From: an uncultured Pseudobdellovibrionaceae bacterium
Lineage (GTDB): Bacteria > Bdellovibrionota > Bdellovibrionia > Bdellovibrionales > UBA1609
Direction of reading: 5' to 3'
DNA length: 64,000 nucleotides
Assembly: GCA_963803705.1 (NCBI GenBank)
Contig: CAWDNU010000004.1
Location: forward strand, 448,001 to 512,000
Positions 40,498 to 49,486 of the stretch are shown here, piece by piece. The first letter of the stretch is position 1. Each line of letters begins with the position of its first letter. The translations under genes and the position numbers were made by a program. The notes under the pieces were generated by a model. It was not told where the DNA came from, searched no databases, and saw nothing but the letters and a program-made list of their open reading frames with translations.

Positions 40498-41366
40498 GGA
40501 TCAAAAGCATCGCGAAGGCCATCACCAAATAAATTGAAGGCTAACATCGTTACAAACAAAGCCAGGGCCGGTGGAAAGATCAGATACGGATAAGCACCAA
40601 AGGCACTGTAGCCATCTTTGACCAGCACTCCCCAACTGCTATATGGAGGTTGAAGTCCCAGTCCGATAAAGCTTAAAAATGATTCGTACAGAATGTTTGA
40701 TGGAATTTGAAAAGTCAGCAGAACAATAATTGGCCCCAATATATTCGGCAAAATATAGCGAATAAGAATTCTGTAAGATGGTGTTCCCAACGCTTGTGCT
40801 GCTTCAACATAAGTTAGCTGCTTAACTTGCAAAACTTGTCCCCTTACGACTCGAGCTAACGTCACCCAACCGACAACGCTTAAGGCTATCAAAATAGAGG
40901 TTAAAGCTCTTAGTTCTGGGTTTGATACAAGTTCTACAGAATCAAAAATAACTTTAACCAATATCATTAGTATCAACGATGGGAATGACATCAAGATATC
41001 AATAATCCTCATCATCACGGCGTCAGTGCGCCCACCAATCCATCCAGCTATGCAGCCATAGATTGTGCCTAACACCATAGAGATCATAGCCGTAAATATT
41101 CCCACGGCCATGGACATCCTTGCCCCGTAGATGAGTCTAGATAATAAATCGCGACCCAAGCCATCCGTCCCAAACCAATAGGCTTGGGACGGGCTGTTGA
41201 AAATAGCAGACATATTTTGCTGATCAAAAGAATACGGAGAAATTAGCGACGCAAAAATTGCAAAAAAGCAGATCACTAATATAAAATATAATGAAACCAT
41301 TGCACCAAAATTTTTCTTTAGTCTTGAAAACGAATCCTGCCATAAACTTTTAGAACGCTTTTTCAT
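40482..41366 (-). CDS. oppC: Oligopeptide ABC transporter permease
   Basis: 'WFGTDGLGRDL', EAA loop 'YVEAAQALG', 'GDGLRDAFDP'. Confidence 0.92.
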   Translation of the reverse strand: MKKRSKSLWQDSFSRLKKNFGAMVSLYFILVICFFAIFASLISPYSFDQQNMSAIFNSPSQAYWFGTDGLGRDLLSRLIYGARMSMAVGIFTAMISMVLGTIYGCIAGWIGGRTDAVMMRIIDILMSFPSLILMILVKVIFDSVELVSNPELRALTSILIALSVVGWVTLARVVRGQVLQVKQLTYVEAAQALGTPSYRILIRYILPNILGPIIVLLTFQIPSNILYESFLSFIGLGLQPPYSSWGVLVKDGYSAFGAYPYLIFPPALALFVTMLAFNLFGDGLRDAFDPQMKK

Positions 41367-42460
41367 GCTAACCGCATCCTTGGGTCAAAGTAGGCATACA
41401 GAAGATCAACTATTAAATTAGCAAAAACTAATAAGCCTGCATACAGTAAGGTCAAAGCTAAAATAAAAGGATAATCACGATTAGACACACTTTGAACTAA
41501 GTGCTTTCCAATACCAGGTATGGCAAAGAAAATTTCGATCACAAACGAACCCGTTAATATGGCAGCAACCAATGGGCCCGAATAAGTTAGAACAGGTATC
41601 AAAGAATTTTTAAGAACATGCTTATACATCACGGTCCTATGACTTAAACCCTTGGCTTTTGCTGTTCTAATGTAGTCAGCCCCGATGACATCTAAAACGC
41701 TAGATCTGGTCAACCTTGCAATAAATGCAATAGGTCTCATTCCTAAACAAAATACTGGAAGAATGTAGTAAGCCACGGAACCCCAACCTGCTGGTGGCAC
41801 CCATCTTAAATTCATCGCAAAGATTTGTACCAATAAGGCTGCCACTAAAAAATTAGGTAAACTGACCCCACTTATGGCAACAATCATTGAAGCATTGTCA
41901 GCAAGTTGATTGTGCTTAGATGCAGCAAAAAGTCCAAGCGGTATACCCACTAAAAATGAAAAAAGAAGTGCATAGAAACCCAACAAGAATGATGCAGGAA
42001 AACTTTCTGATATGATTTCAGTAACTGGACGGCCCACATACTTGTAAGACTCACCCAAGTCACCTTGCAAAATTTTTGTTAAATAACTGGTGTACTGGAA
42101 AAATAAAGGCTTATCCAAATCGTACTTTCGCTCGATGTTGGCTTTTATATCCGGTGGTAAAGCTTTATCTTGGTCAAATGGCCCACCGGGAACAACGCGA
42201 AGTAAAACAAAAGTTAGACTTACAATTATAAATAATGTGAAAAAAGCCTCGATCAGACGTTTGATTGTATAAAAAACGATGTTTTGACGAATGATAAAAA
42301 AAAGAAAACCAAAGAGCGCACTGATCAGTAAAGTGTAAGTTAAAGCTGATGGAATAATATAGTCAGTAAGATTTAAACCTATTGCCGAAAACAACAACAA
42401 TAACCATATTAATGGAAACCAACGCCCCAGTCCCAAAAAATTTTCCAGCAATTTATCCAT
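41363..42460 (-). CDS. oppB: Oligopeptide ABC transporter permease with N-terminal extension
   Basis: Motifs 'PGGPFD', 'GDLGESY', 'DYIRTAKAKGL', 'DLLYAYFDPR'. Confidence 0.92.
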   Translation of the reverse strand: MDKLLENFLGLGRWFPLIWLLLLFSAIGLNLTDYIIPSALTYTLLISALFGFLFFIIRQNIVFYTIKRLIEAFFTLFIIVSLTFVLLRVVPGGPFDQDKALPPDIKANIERKYDLDKPLFFQYTSYLTKILQGDLGESYKYVGRPVTEIISESFPASFLLGFYALLFSFLVGIPLGLFAASKHNQLADNASMIVAISGVSLPNFLVAALLVQIFAMNLRWVPPAGWGSVAYYILPVFCLGMRPIAFIARLTRSSVLDVIGADYIRTAKAKGLSHRTVMYKHVLKNSLIPVLTYSGPLVAAILTGSFVIEIFFAIPGIGKHLVQSVSNRDYPFILALTLLYAGLLVFANLIVDLLYAYFDPRMRLA

Positions 42461-42539
42461 AGTATTTTACCTGTTCAATAGCTTTAACTTCAGTTTTCTA
42501 CTTTAGCTTTTTACTTCAGACTGTCTAACTAACTTGTCT

Positions 42540-42600
42540 AATTTTCTTATTTAATTTTCTTATTTAATTTTCTTATTTAATTTCTATTTAATTTTGCTAT
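42540..42600. repeat. 13-bp AT-rich tandem repeat (3 exact plus 2 degenerate copies)
   Basis: AATTTTCTTATTT at 42540, 42553 and 42566. Confidence 0.8.
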
Positions 42601-42659
42601 CCTAATTAACAGTCTAAATTTAAGATACATTTGATTTAGCATATTATCGTGCGCGGTTG

Positions 42660-44240
42660 TTACTTAACTACCGCTACATCTTTAAGGTTATAGCGACTCA
42701 TTACATTTTTGGGAAAATTATTTAATCTTGTCGAAACCAGCTGTTGTGTAACTCCGGAATAAATCGGAAAAGCAGCCGCTGCTTCAACTAGTAGCTTTTT
42801 TCCGGCCTTAGCATAGAACTCCCTTTTTTTATCTAAGATGTTAGTTCTAGCTGAACTTATCAAGGCTTGGTCAAAGCTTTTGTCTTTCCAGCCTGTGTGA
42901 TTGTTGTCAGACGTAGAGGTCATCAGCTCGTAAAAATTGTATGGGTCTGGATAATCGGCAACCCACCCCATCCTATACATGTGTGGGGGGTCGGACTGCA
43001 AAGTTCCTAAGTAGACCTTCCACTCTTCATTATTAATCTTCACAGTTAAACCTAGGTTTTTTTTCAGCTGCGCTTGAATATTTTCGGCTATACGCTTGTG
43101 GTCTTCATTTGTGTTGTAAGCAAGAGTAATACTTGGCGCAGGTTTTTTTATGCTAAAGCCAGCTTTTTCGTAAAAGCTTAGGGCTTGAGCTAAGTTGAAC
43201 TGAATTCCTGCGGCTTCATCAAAACCAAACATTCCTTTGGGAATCCAACCAGACAGGGGTGTCTGCCCACCTTGCAACATCCCGGTGATTTGTCTTCGAT
43301 CCACGGCAGAAATAATAGCTTTTCTTAGATATACATCATCCATTGGCGCTCTGTTGATATTAAATCCGAAATAGTAGGTCACCAAAGCAGGACCCTGCTG
43401 GTACTCTTTCATATCTTTCAACACACCTAATAACGAAGATGGAAGTGCCAACAAAGCGTCTACTTGGCCACCTTTAAACAGGTTTAAAGCAGTACCCTGT
43501 TCTTCAATAATATATGCGATTATGTTTTTAGTTTTTGTTTTTTTATCAAAATAGTTATCGTTTCTTTCAAAAACCAAAGCTCTATCGTGATCCCAAAGTT
43601 TTAATTTAAATGCCCCTAAGGTCACTATGTTTTCGGCCTCTGTCCAACGGTCACCGTGCTTGACTATAACGTCGTTTCTTATGGGGTAGGTAGAATGGTG
43701 AGTTAACAGATAAGGAAAGTTCGCTGGTTTATTTAATTCAACTTTTATTTTCTGACCTACAATCTTTACCCCAACCTTAGAAAAATCTTTTTCTGAACCA
43801 TTACTATAACTTTGCGCATTCTTAATTCCATATAAAAAGTATGCGTACACCGAAGCTGTATTGGGATTCAAAAGTCTTTCCCACCCATCTAAAACTTGCT
43901 GAGGTGTTAATTTTTTTCCATCTGTCCAGCTTATGTCGTCGCGCAGCTCAAATTCCCAGCTCATGGAATTGTTCGACGATGACCAACTTTTTGCTAAAGC
44001 TGGTTTTAAGTCTACTTCAGATTCACGAAAATCATAATTAACTAGTCCATCCATTATATTCTCAGTGATAAAAGCTGAGGTTGTATCAGATGACTTATTC
44101 CAATCTAAAGATGGGGGCTCAGTAGAAACAATTAACCTGATAGTATCCTGTAAATTTAAGCCATAGTCTGTGGATGTAGCCTTTTTAGTACAAGAAAGAC
44201 AGGTTAATAGCAGGGTTGTAGCAGCAAATAATTTAAGCAT
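42660..44240 (-). CDS. oppA: Oligopeptide ABC substrate-binding lipoprotein
   Basis: Lipobox CLSC, 'EPPSLD', 'PALAKSW', 'W.DG', 'RMGWVADYPDP'. Confidence 0.92.
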   Translation of the reverse strand: MLKLFAATTLLLTCLSCTKKATSTDYGLNLQDTIRLIVSTEPPSLDWNKSSDTTSAFITENIMDGLVNYDFRESEVDLKPALAKSWSSSNNSMSWEFELRDDISWTDGKKLTPQQVLDGWERLLNPNTASVYAYFLYGIKNAQSYSNGSEKDFSKVGVKIVGQKIKVELNKPANFPYLLTHHSTYPIRNDVIVKHGDRWTEAENIVTLGAFKLKLWDHDRALVFERNDNYFDKKTKTKNIIAYIIEEQGTALNLFKGGQVDALLALPSSLLGVLKDMKEYQQGPALVTYYFGFNINRAPMDDVYLRKAIISAVDRRQITGMLQGGQTPLSGWIPKGMFGFDEAAGIQFNLAQALSFYEKAGFSIKKPAPSITLAYNTNEDHKRIAENIQAQLKKNLGLTVKINNEEWKVYLGTLQSDPPHMYRMGWVADYPDPYNFYELMTSTSDNNHTGWKDKSFDQALISSARTNILDKKREFYAKAGKKLLVEAAAAFPIYSGVTQQLVSTRLNNFPKNVMSRYNLKDVAVVK

Positions 44241-44321
44241 CCGAGTCTCCTGATTAGAAGTAGGAAGTTAACAGTTTACCTGAAGCTCTGGGGATATTCA
44301 GTGCGTTAAATAGCGTTATGA

Positions 44322-44352
44322 TTTTCGAGCTTAGTTAGGTAGGCTCGAAAAA
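44322..44352. other. Stem-loop between the BON gene and oppA
   Basis: TTTTCGAGCTTA...TAGGCTCGAAAA. The U-tract is on the wrong side for a canonical terminator. Confidence 0.5.
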
Positions 44353-44383
44353 AAAAAAATGTTTTTTAACTGTCAAAATTGGC

Positions 44384-45217
44384 TCAAAGTTCTTCAGCCG
44401 CTTTCCGCTCGTCACTACTAGTGGGTTTCTTTTTTTTGTTGCTTGATTTCTTATTCTTTAGAGATTTGATATTATTTTCAACCTCTTCAACTCCTGTAAA
44501 GTTTTCGATTAGATCTTCAGCGGTGTAGCTCATCCATTTATCATCGACAGTTCCGCTTAAAGTGACCTTACCATTTTTAACTGAAACAGAAATTTCAGCT
44601 GCATTGATATCGTGGTGATCACTTAGGCATTCGTTGATGTCATCGCTAATTCGCTCGTCAGACCTTCTATAGTTTTTTGGTCCTATACCTTTGTACGATT
44701 TTCTTTTTTTATGAATTGCAGATTCGTCTTCGAACACCGAGTCGAACTGATGCTTGGGATGCAAGTTCCCGTCAAATTCGTGTCTTGGATGGCTATTAAG
44801 GCCTTGGTAATCTGGATTTGATCCGCCTTTTCCCGAATTTTCTAAAGTTTCATAGTTGGGTTTGCGTGTGTTGCCCCAACTAGTACTTTTGTGAGACCCA
44901 GAACCTTCAGAGTGCTGTTTGCTGGGATAATTTTTTTCTGAATGGTCAGACGCTGAACGTTTGTTCCGACTGCTGGCTTTTCTACCGCTGTCGTAATCAC
45001 TATCATCGTGATTGTTGTAGCTGTCCCATGGTGAATGTGAACCATCGCCCTGGCTATGATCATTTATGAACTCTTCATATGAGCCGTCAGATTCAGAGTA
45101 TCGTGGGGACTTATAATCCTCATGTTTAGGTCTGGCCTGCTTACTGTTTTGCTGGCCGCGATTAGTGCTGTTGGCCGATCTACTGCCAGTTCTGTTACTG
45201 TTGTTTTGGTCTCTCAT
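44384..45217 (-). CDS. BON-domain protein with long disordered N-terminus
   Basis: 'G.GPKNYRRSDERI..DI.E.L', 'V.V.NG.VTLSGTV', 'GV..VENN'. Confidence 0.85.
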   Translation of the reverse strand: MRDQNNSNRTGSRSANSTNRGQQNSKQARPKHEDYKSPRYSESDGSYEEFINDHSQGDGSHSPWDSYNNHDDSDYDSGRKASSRNKRSASDHSEKNYPSKQHSEGSGSHKSTSWGNTRKPNYETLENSGKGGSNPDYQGLNSHPRHEFDGNLHPKHQFDSVFEDESAIHKKRKSYKGIGPKNYRRSDERISDDINECLSDHHDINAAEISVSVKNGKVTLSGTVDDKWMSYTAEDLIENFTGVEEVENNIKSLKNKKSSNKKKKPTSSDERKAAEEL

Positions 45218-45660
45218 ATTAAACCCCTTTTAAAATTGAGATTAAGTAATTACACTATCTGCCCAAATCGATAACTTTAATAAGTTTGACTTCGTCATCG
45301 ATTGTTGTCGTCGATTTTCGTCGTCGATAGATAGCAGCGGATATTTATAATATATATCTTTGCATAGATTTTGTATTTTTAGTTCTGTGTACTAACTATC
45401 TAGATTTCTACAAACTAAGTTCTCTGAAGCAAGCAAGCGGTCGAACGCCTTTAAATCAACTAATTTTTGAATTGGTTGCAATATTTTACGAAGGCATTCC
45501 TATTATTTGATGAGGCTATACAACTCAAGAGTTCCACTGTTATGTAAGATGTGAAACCTTGAAGCAAGTCTCAAAACACCTTAGTTTTTCAGAGTCACTT
45601 GCAAATACTCTTACAGTCGAAACCCTTAAGTCTAAAAAAAGGACTTTGAGAATCTACTTA

Positions 45661-45691
45661 AAAGCACATCAGACCTGTGATGATGTGCTTT
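45661..45691. terminator. Stem-loop, possible terminator
   Basis: AAAGCACATCA-N9-TGATGTGCTTT. Confidence 0.5.
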
Positions 45692-45701
45692 TCTAGCAAG
45701 T

Positions 45702-45826
45702 GGGCCTGTTGAAAAAGCATCATCTTCGTTGTTGCCTTCGCTTAAATCTCATTCGACGTAGATAAATTACGACTCATTCGATTTTAAGCTTGGACGCCTA
45801 GAATCTAATACTTTTTCAACAGGCCC
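45702..45826. mobile_element. 125-bp MITE-like element
   Basis: Perfect 16-bp TIRs (GGGCCTGTTGAAAAAG / CTTTTTCAACAGGCCC), flanked by an AAGT direct repeat (45698-45701 and 45827-45830). No ORF inside. Confidence 0.8.
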
Positions 45827-45849
45827 AAGTGTTTTAAGGCAATCTGTTT

Positions 45850-46317
45850 TCATTCTTTATTGAACTCTCCAATTAAATCTTCTGCCTTTAAGCAGTTTCC
45901 TGCAACTCTATTGTTAACTTCTTCGGTAGACTGAGCAGAAATTAGAATTTTGTTGCTTGAAATTGACAGTAAAACAACCGTATTAAAACACATTGGGTAA
46001 GTACCATATATAGTCGCAAGATAACCTGTGACACCATCAGCTGTAGTTTTATTTTCGCTATTTAGCAGTAAACTAGCTTGTAGGCTGTAATGATATTCAG
46101 AGCTGGCTCTGTTTTCTTTAAAAACTATTAAGCCATTAAGTTCGAGATCGCTATCTGCTTCTTTATAAACCCTGCGAATTCTTCTTTCTCCATCAGCTGT
46201 TACGAATTCTGCTACGTCATCAACTTGCAAGCCATTTTTTAATTGAGCACCAATATTAACATCTGCAAAAGCATTAAAATTTATAGCTAATAGAGCTATA
46301 ATTATCCCTTTGTTCAT
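45850..46317 (-). CDS. Hypothetical secreted protein
   Basis: Signal peptide ending AFA, RBS AGAGG, one Cys pair. Confidence 0.65.
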   Translation of the reverse strand: MNKGIIIALLAINFNAFADVNIGAQLKNGLQVDDVAEFVTADGERRIRRVYKEADSDLELNGLIVFKENRASSEYHYSLQASLLLNSENKTTADGVTGYLATIYGTYPMCFNTVVLLSISSNKILISAQSTEEVNNRVAGNCLKAEDLIGEFNKE

Positions 46318-46352
46318 CTGTAAACCTCTTTTTTAAACAATTTATATATATC

Positions 46353-46371
46353 TAAGCAAAATTTATGCTCA
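46353..46371 (-). promoter_or_regulatory. Shared upstream motif TGAGCATA-N3-TTTGCTTA (sigma54-like)
   Basis: Same motif at nearly the same distance (about 35 nt) from the ATG as at 48656-48674. Confidence 0.55.
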
Positions 46372-46767
46372 AAAAACCAAATGATAAGAATGAAATTATT
46401 AATATTAGAGCACATTAAAACTGTCTAAATGGGTGCGAAAATTGTCACTGCAAAACTACTATTTGTTTAATCTTCACCGGATCCTGCCAACCCCCGCACA
46501 ACGTACACAACTTATGCGTGAAGATGGTCAAGGTTTTGGAGGGATTGGAGTAAGGATTGTTAGTTGAGTTATGGTGGTTATAGGGATGGAAATTTAAGGG
46601 TTTTTAAGTTTAATGAGGGATTTAAAGGAAATGGTTCAGCTATAAATAAAGTTTGTTATGATAATGTTTGATTTTAATTAAACAGTGAGTCAGCTGCCTA
46701 GTTGTTGTTGTTGGATATATGAATATATAATTTTCAAAACAAAAAGAACAAAAAGAGAGTGGGAAAA

Positions 46768-47274
46768 ATGAAAAAATACATATTTGCTTTAATCTATTTA
46801 AGTACTGTTTTGGGTTGCTCTTCTGATAACAACAAGAATAGCGATCAAATTATTAATGGGTTTTTATCTCAAAGCGCGAGAACAGGTCAGGTTGTTGATT
46901 TTTCGGGTACGTGGAGAGGCAGTTGTTCTATTAAATTCCCCGACGTTGAGTCAGATGTGAGAGGAAGTGTAATGATTGTTAACTCCGAACAAGATATTTC
47001 AATTTTAAATATCTCGGTAGAGCTCGGGGGCGATACAATTGAATTTTTTAATAATGATCATTTAATTACAATTAGTGAAAACGCTATTATTACACATCAG
47101 GGGATCGAGGTAGGCACAATTGGTTCGGACGGCATTACTGTTTTTGTTAAAGAGGACAAAACTTACGTGGGCTTTAATTTTGAACAAATTAGCTTAAATA
47201 ACAGTGGTTTTTCTCTTGTTTTTTATGACGGTAAAGATACTTATGAGATGAACTGTGCATCTCTTGTAAGATAG
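46768..47274 (+). CDS. Hypothetical lipoprotein
   Basis: MKK start, lipobox VLGC, and a 'FSGTWRG' lipocalin-like strand. Confidence 0.65.
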   Translation: MKKYIFALIYLSTVLGCSSDNNKNSDQIINGFLSQSARTGQVVDFSGTWRGSCSIKFPDVESDVRGSVMIVNSEQDISILNISVELGGDTIEFFNNDHLITISENAIITHQGIEVGTIGSDGITVFVKEDKTYVGFNFEQISLNNSGFSLVFYDGKDTYEMNCASLVR

Positions 47275-47286
47275 ACGGGGAATATC

Positions 47287-47862
47287 ATGAAAAAGTATAT
47301 TAGTGTTTTATTTATCTTTAGTTTAAGTCTTACAGCAAACGCTCAAACTGAATTTAACGAAACCATACGATCTAAGTGGGGTTTTAACTTAGGCTTTGGT
47401 ATTTCTTCAAGTTCTACATCTATATCATCGTTTAGAGTTACTACCCCTGGTTATATTAAATTTAAAGAAGGGGGTTGGGTTCGAATTTACGCTGATTTTG
47501 TTGGACAAACTCTAAACTCCCTAGGTAGTAGTTCTGAAGAGACATTCAGTGATTACAGTGTTGGTGTTCAGGTCGATTCACCAATAATGAGTGAGCTTTT
47601 CAGTTTTTATTCAAAGCTTGGCGTTGGTGCTTCAAATCTTCCAGATAATTTTTACGATGGAAGCGTTGTTATCCTACCAATTTCGTTTGGAGTTAATTTT
47701 TACTCTAAAACATATGAAACTCGTCAATGGTTTGATCCAGTTTTTGGAATAGAATATCGAAAACCATTTGATATCAACTATGATTCAGATAAGGAAGTTG
47801 TTAGCAATACAGATTCACTATTCGGTGGAGAAATCTATTTTAACGTAGGCCTGATCTTTTAA
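47287..47862 (+). CDS. Putative outer-membrane beta-barrel protein
   Basis: Signal peptide ending ANA, amphipathic strands, and a terminal Phe BAM-type signal (YFNVGLIF). Confidence 0.65.
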   Translation: MKKYISVLFIFSLSLTANAQTEFNETIRSKWGFNLGFGISSSSTSISSFRVTTPGYIKFKEGGWVRIYADFVGQTLNSLGSSSEETFSDYSVGVQVDSPIMSELFSFYSKLGVGASNLPDNFYDGSVVILPISFGVNFYSKTYETRQWFDPVFGIEYRKPFDINYDSDKEVVSNTDSLFGGEIYFNVGLIF

Positions 47863-48275
47863 ATTTTTGAAGAGCTAAATTTTCACGCCAAAATTGTCAT
47901 TGTATGTATGCCACTCTGTGGATGATTGTTTGCCCTATTGTTCAAGAACAGTAGATGTTAAATATTCTTTAACTCTTTTGATTTCGTTTTAAGTCTTAGA
48001 CGTTATGACCAAATAAAACAAAGCCCTTCTTCGCAGAAAAGGAGAGTGTAAGAAATTTTGTGTATGGGCGGATATCGCCACTTCTTGAATCAAATCCCTA
48101 TCAAGTTAAGAATATGAGCGCAATAATTTTTTAGCGTCATGGTAAAATTTCAAATATAGATCAACTCAGTTTCTAGAGCCTAGGATAAATTTGTGCCTTC
48201 TAGCTGATACTAAAAGGCACAATAGAACGTTGAAAGATCAGACCGAAACCAAGGGTTCTAGGTATAAATTAAATT

Positions 48276-48298
48276 GAGCCTTACCTTTAGTAAGGCTC
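48276..48298 (-). terminator. Probable intrinsic terminator
   Basis: GAGCCTTAC-CTTTA-GTAAGGCTC just past the stop at 48313. Confidence 0.6.
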
Positions 48299-48312
48299 TT
48301 AAAGAATAAATT

Positions 48313-48621
48313 TTAAAAGGGCAGAGGTCTGTTAATTAACCTATAACCTACAGTAAGGCCATTTTTGTCATATGCGGATTCTTGATATGTCATAGTTTCA
48401 ATATGTTGTTCTTCATTATCTTTTCTGCAAACGACTATAAATGAATATTCACCATCAGCGTATCCTGGCTGACCTGGTCCCGGCTGACCAGCGTCTATAC
48501 AGCTATCATACTCTCTTAACAGTTGAACCATCAACTCGGCCTTAGTTCCAGAAAATGTAACGGGGCCAGCGTATACTAAATTACTTAATAAAAAGACTGC
48601 CAACACTGATAGTTTCTTCAT
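48313..48621 (-). CDS. Small secreted hypothetical protein
   Basis: MKK signal peptide ending VYA, AAGGAG RBS, Cys pair, GQPGPGQPG segment. Confidence 0.65.
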   Translation of the reverse strand: MKKLSVLAVFLLSNLVYAGPVTFSGTKAELMVQLLREYDSCIDAGQPGPGQPGYADGEYSFIVVCRKDNEEQHIETMTYQESAYDKNGLTVGYRLINRPLPF

Positions 48622-48655
48622 TTTTAATTCTCCTTTTTAAAATGTTCAACTTTCA

Positions 48656-48674
48656 TAAGCAAATAATATGCTCA
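48656..48674 (-). promoter_or_regulatory. Shared upstream motif, copy 2
   Basis: TGAGCATATTATTTGCTTA on the minus strand, about 35 nt before the ATG at 48621. Confidence 0.55.
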
Positions 48675-48969
48675 CTTAAGTAATCCTTGAAATGAATTTA
48701 AGGGCACAAGAGCACATTCAACTCGATTGCAGAAAGCCGTAAAATATCTTTTATCACCGTGGTGTAAAAGATCCTGACAGTCCGGGGCCGCAAATACAGA
48801 TTTTAGGTTTTCTGACCAGTCAGAATTAAAACCTTTGTATTTTTGAGTTGAGACTTCAAAGTTTCATATCTTTGATTTGAACTTCGATGTGGAGTTTCAT
48901 TTTTGAGATTGGTTGAGTGTGCACGGTTCTTGAATATTAGTTAGGGGCTACTGAATGGAGGGCACAATA

Positions 48970-49236
48970 ATGAAAGTGATATATGTTACAATTCTAATCA
49001 CTTTTATGATTTCTACGAGTGCTCTTGCTGAATCTTCGATTGTGGGCGATTGGTGTCATCAATACGATGATAGACGCTATTCGATTCTTGAAAATGGAGA
49101 ACTCATTCTGTCAGGCCACCTTCGAGGTATTTATACTGTTGATGAAGGTGTATGGTTCGCATCAGATGATAAGAATGGTAAATTAATATTTGATGGAGAC
49201 CCTGAACCGATTTGGTATAAGATTGTAGAACAATAA
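48970..49236 (+). CDS. Small secreted protein, possibly truncated by a premature stop
   Basis: GGAGG RBS, signal peptide ending ALA, 'IVGDW'. The frame stays open for 31 codons after the TAA, to 49332. Confidence 0.55.
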   Translation: MKVIYVTILITFMISTSALAESSIVGDWCHQYDDRRYSILENGELILSGHLRGIYTVDEGVWFASDDKNGKLIFDGDPEPIWYKIVEQ

Positions 49237-49486
49237 CTTTATCTTTATGGCGCTCCAGATTTAGACATTGACTATCCAATTGAAGCTACCACTGGACCAA
49301 TTCTTCCTTGCAAAAGCTTTACCGGAGTCTAAAAACCATTTATTCAAACTCATTGGTTTCGATCAAAATGAAATCTAAGAAAGCCTGCTCTTAAAGTTGC
49401 AGCTTTCTTTTGAATTAAAGAACGCTCCTTTGTGAGTCCGTTTTTCATAAAAAATTAGAAATTAAGGATGTGGTCAATTTTCAATT

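Noticed and set aside
46478..46560. GC-richer segment with partial complementarity upstream of the lipoprotein gene
   Set aside because: Pairing is too imperfect and I found no second copy.
48745..48820. c-di-GMP-I riboswitch (GGGGCCGCAAA resembles GGGACGCAAA)
   Set aside because: It lacks the GAAA tetraloop stem and a recognisable receptor stem.
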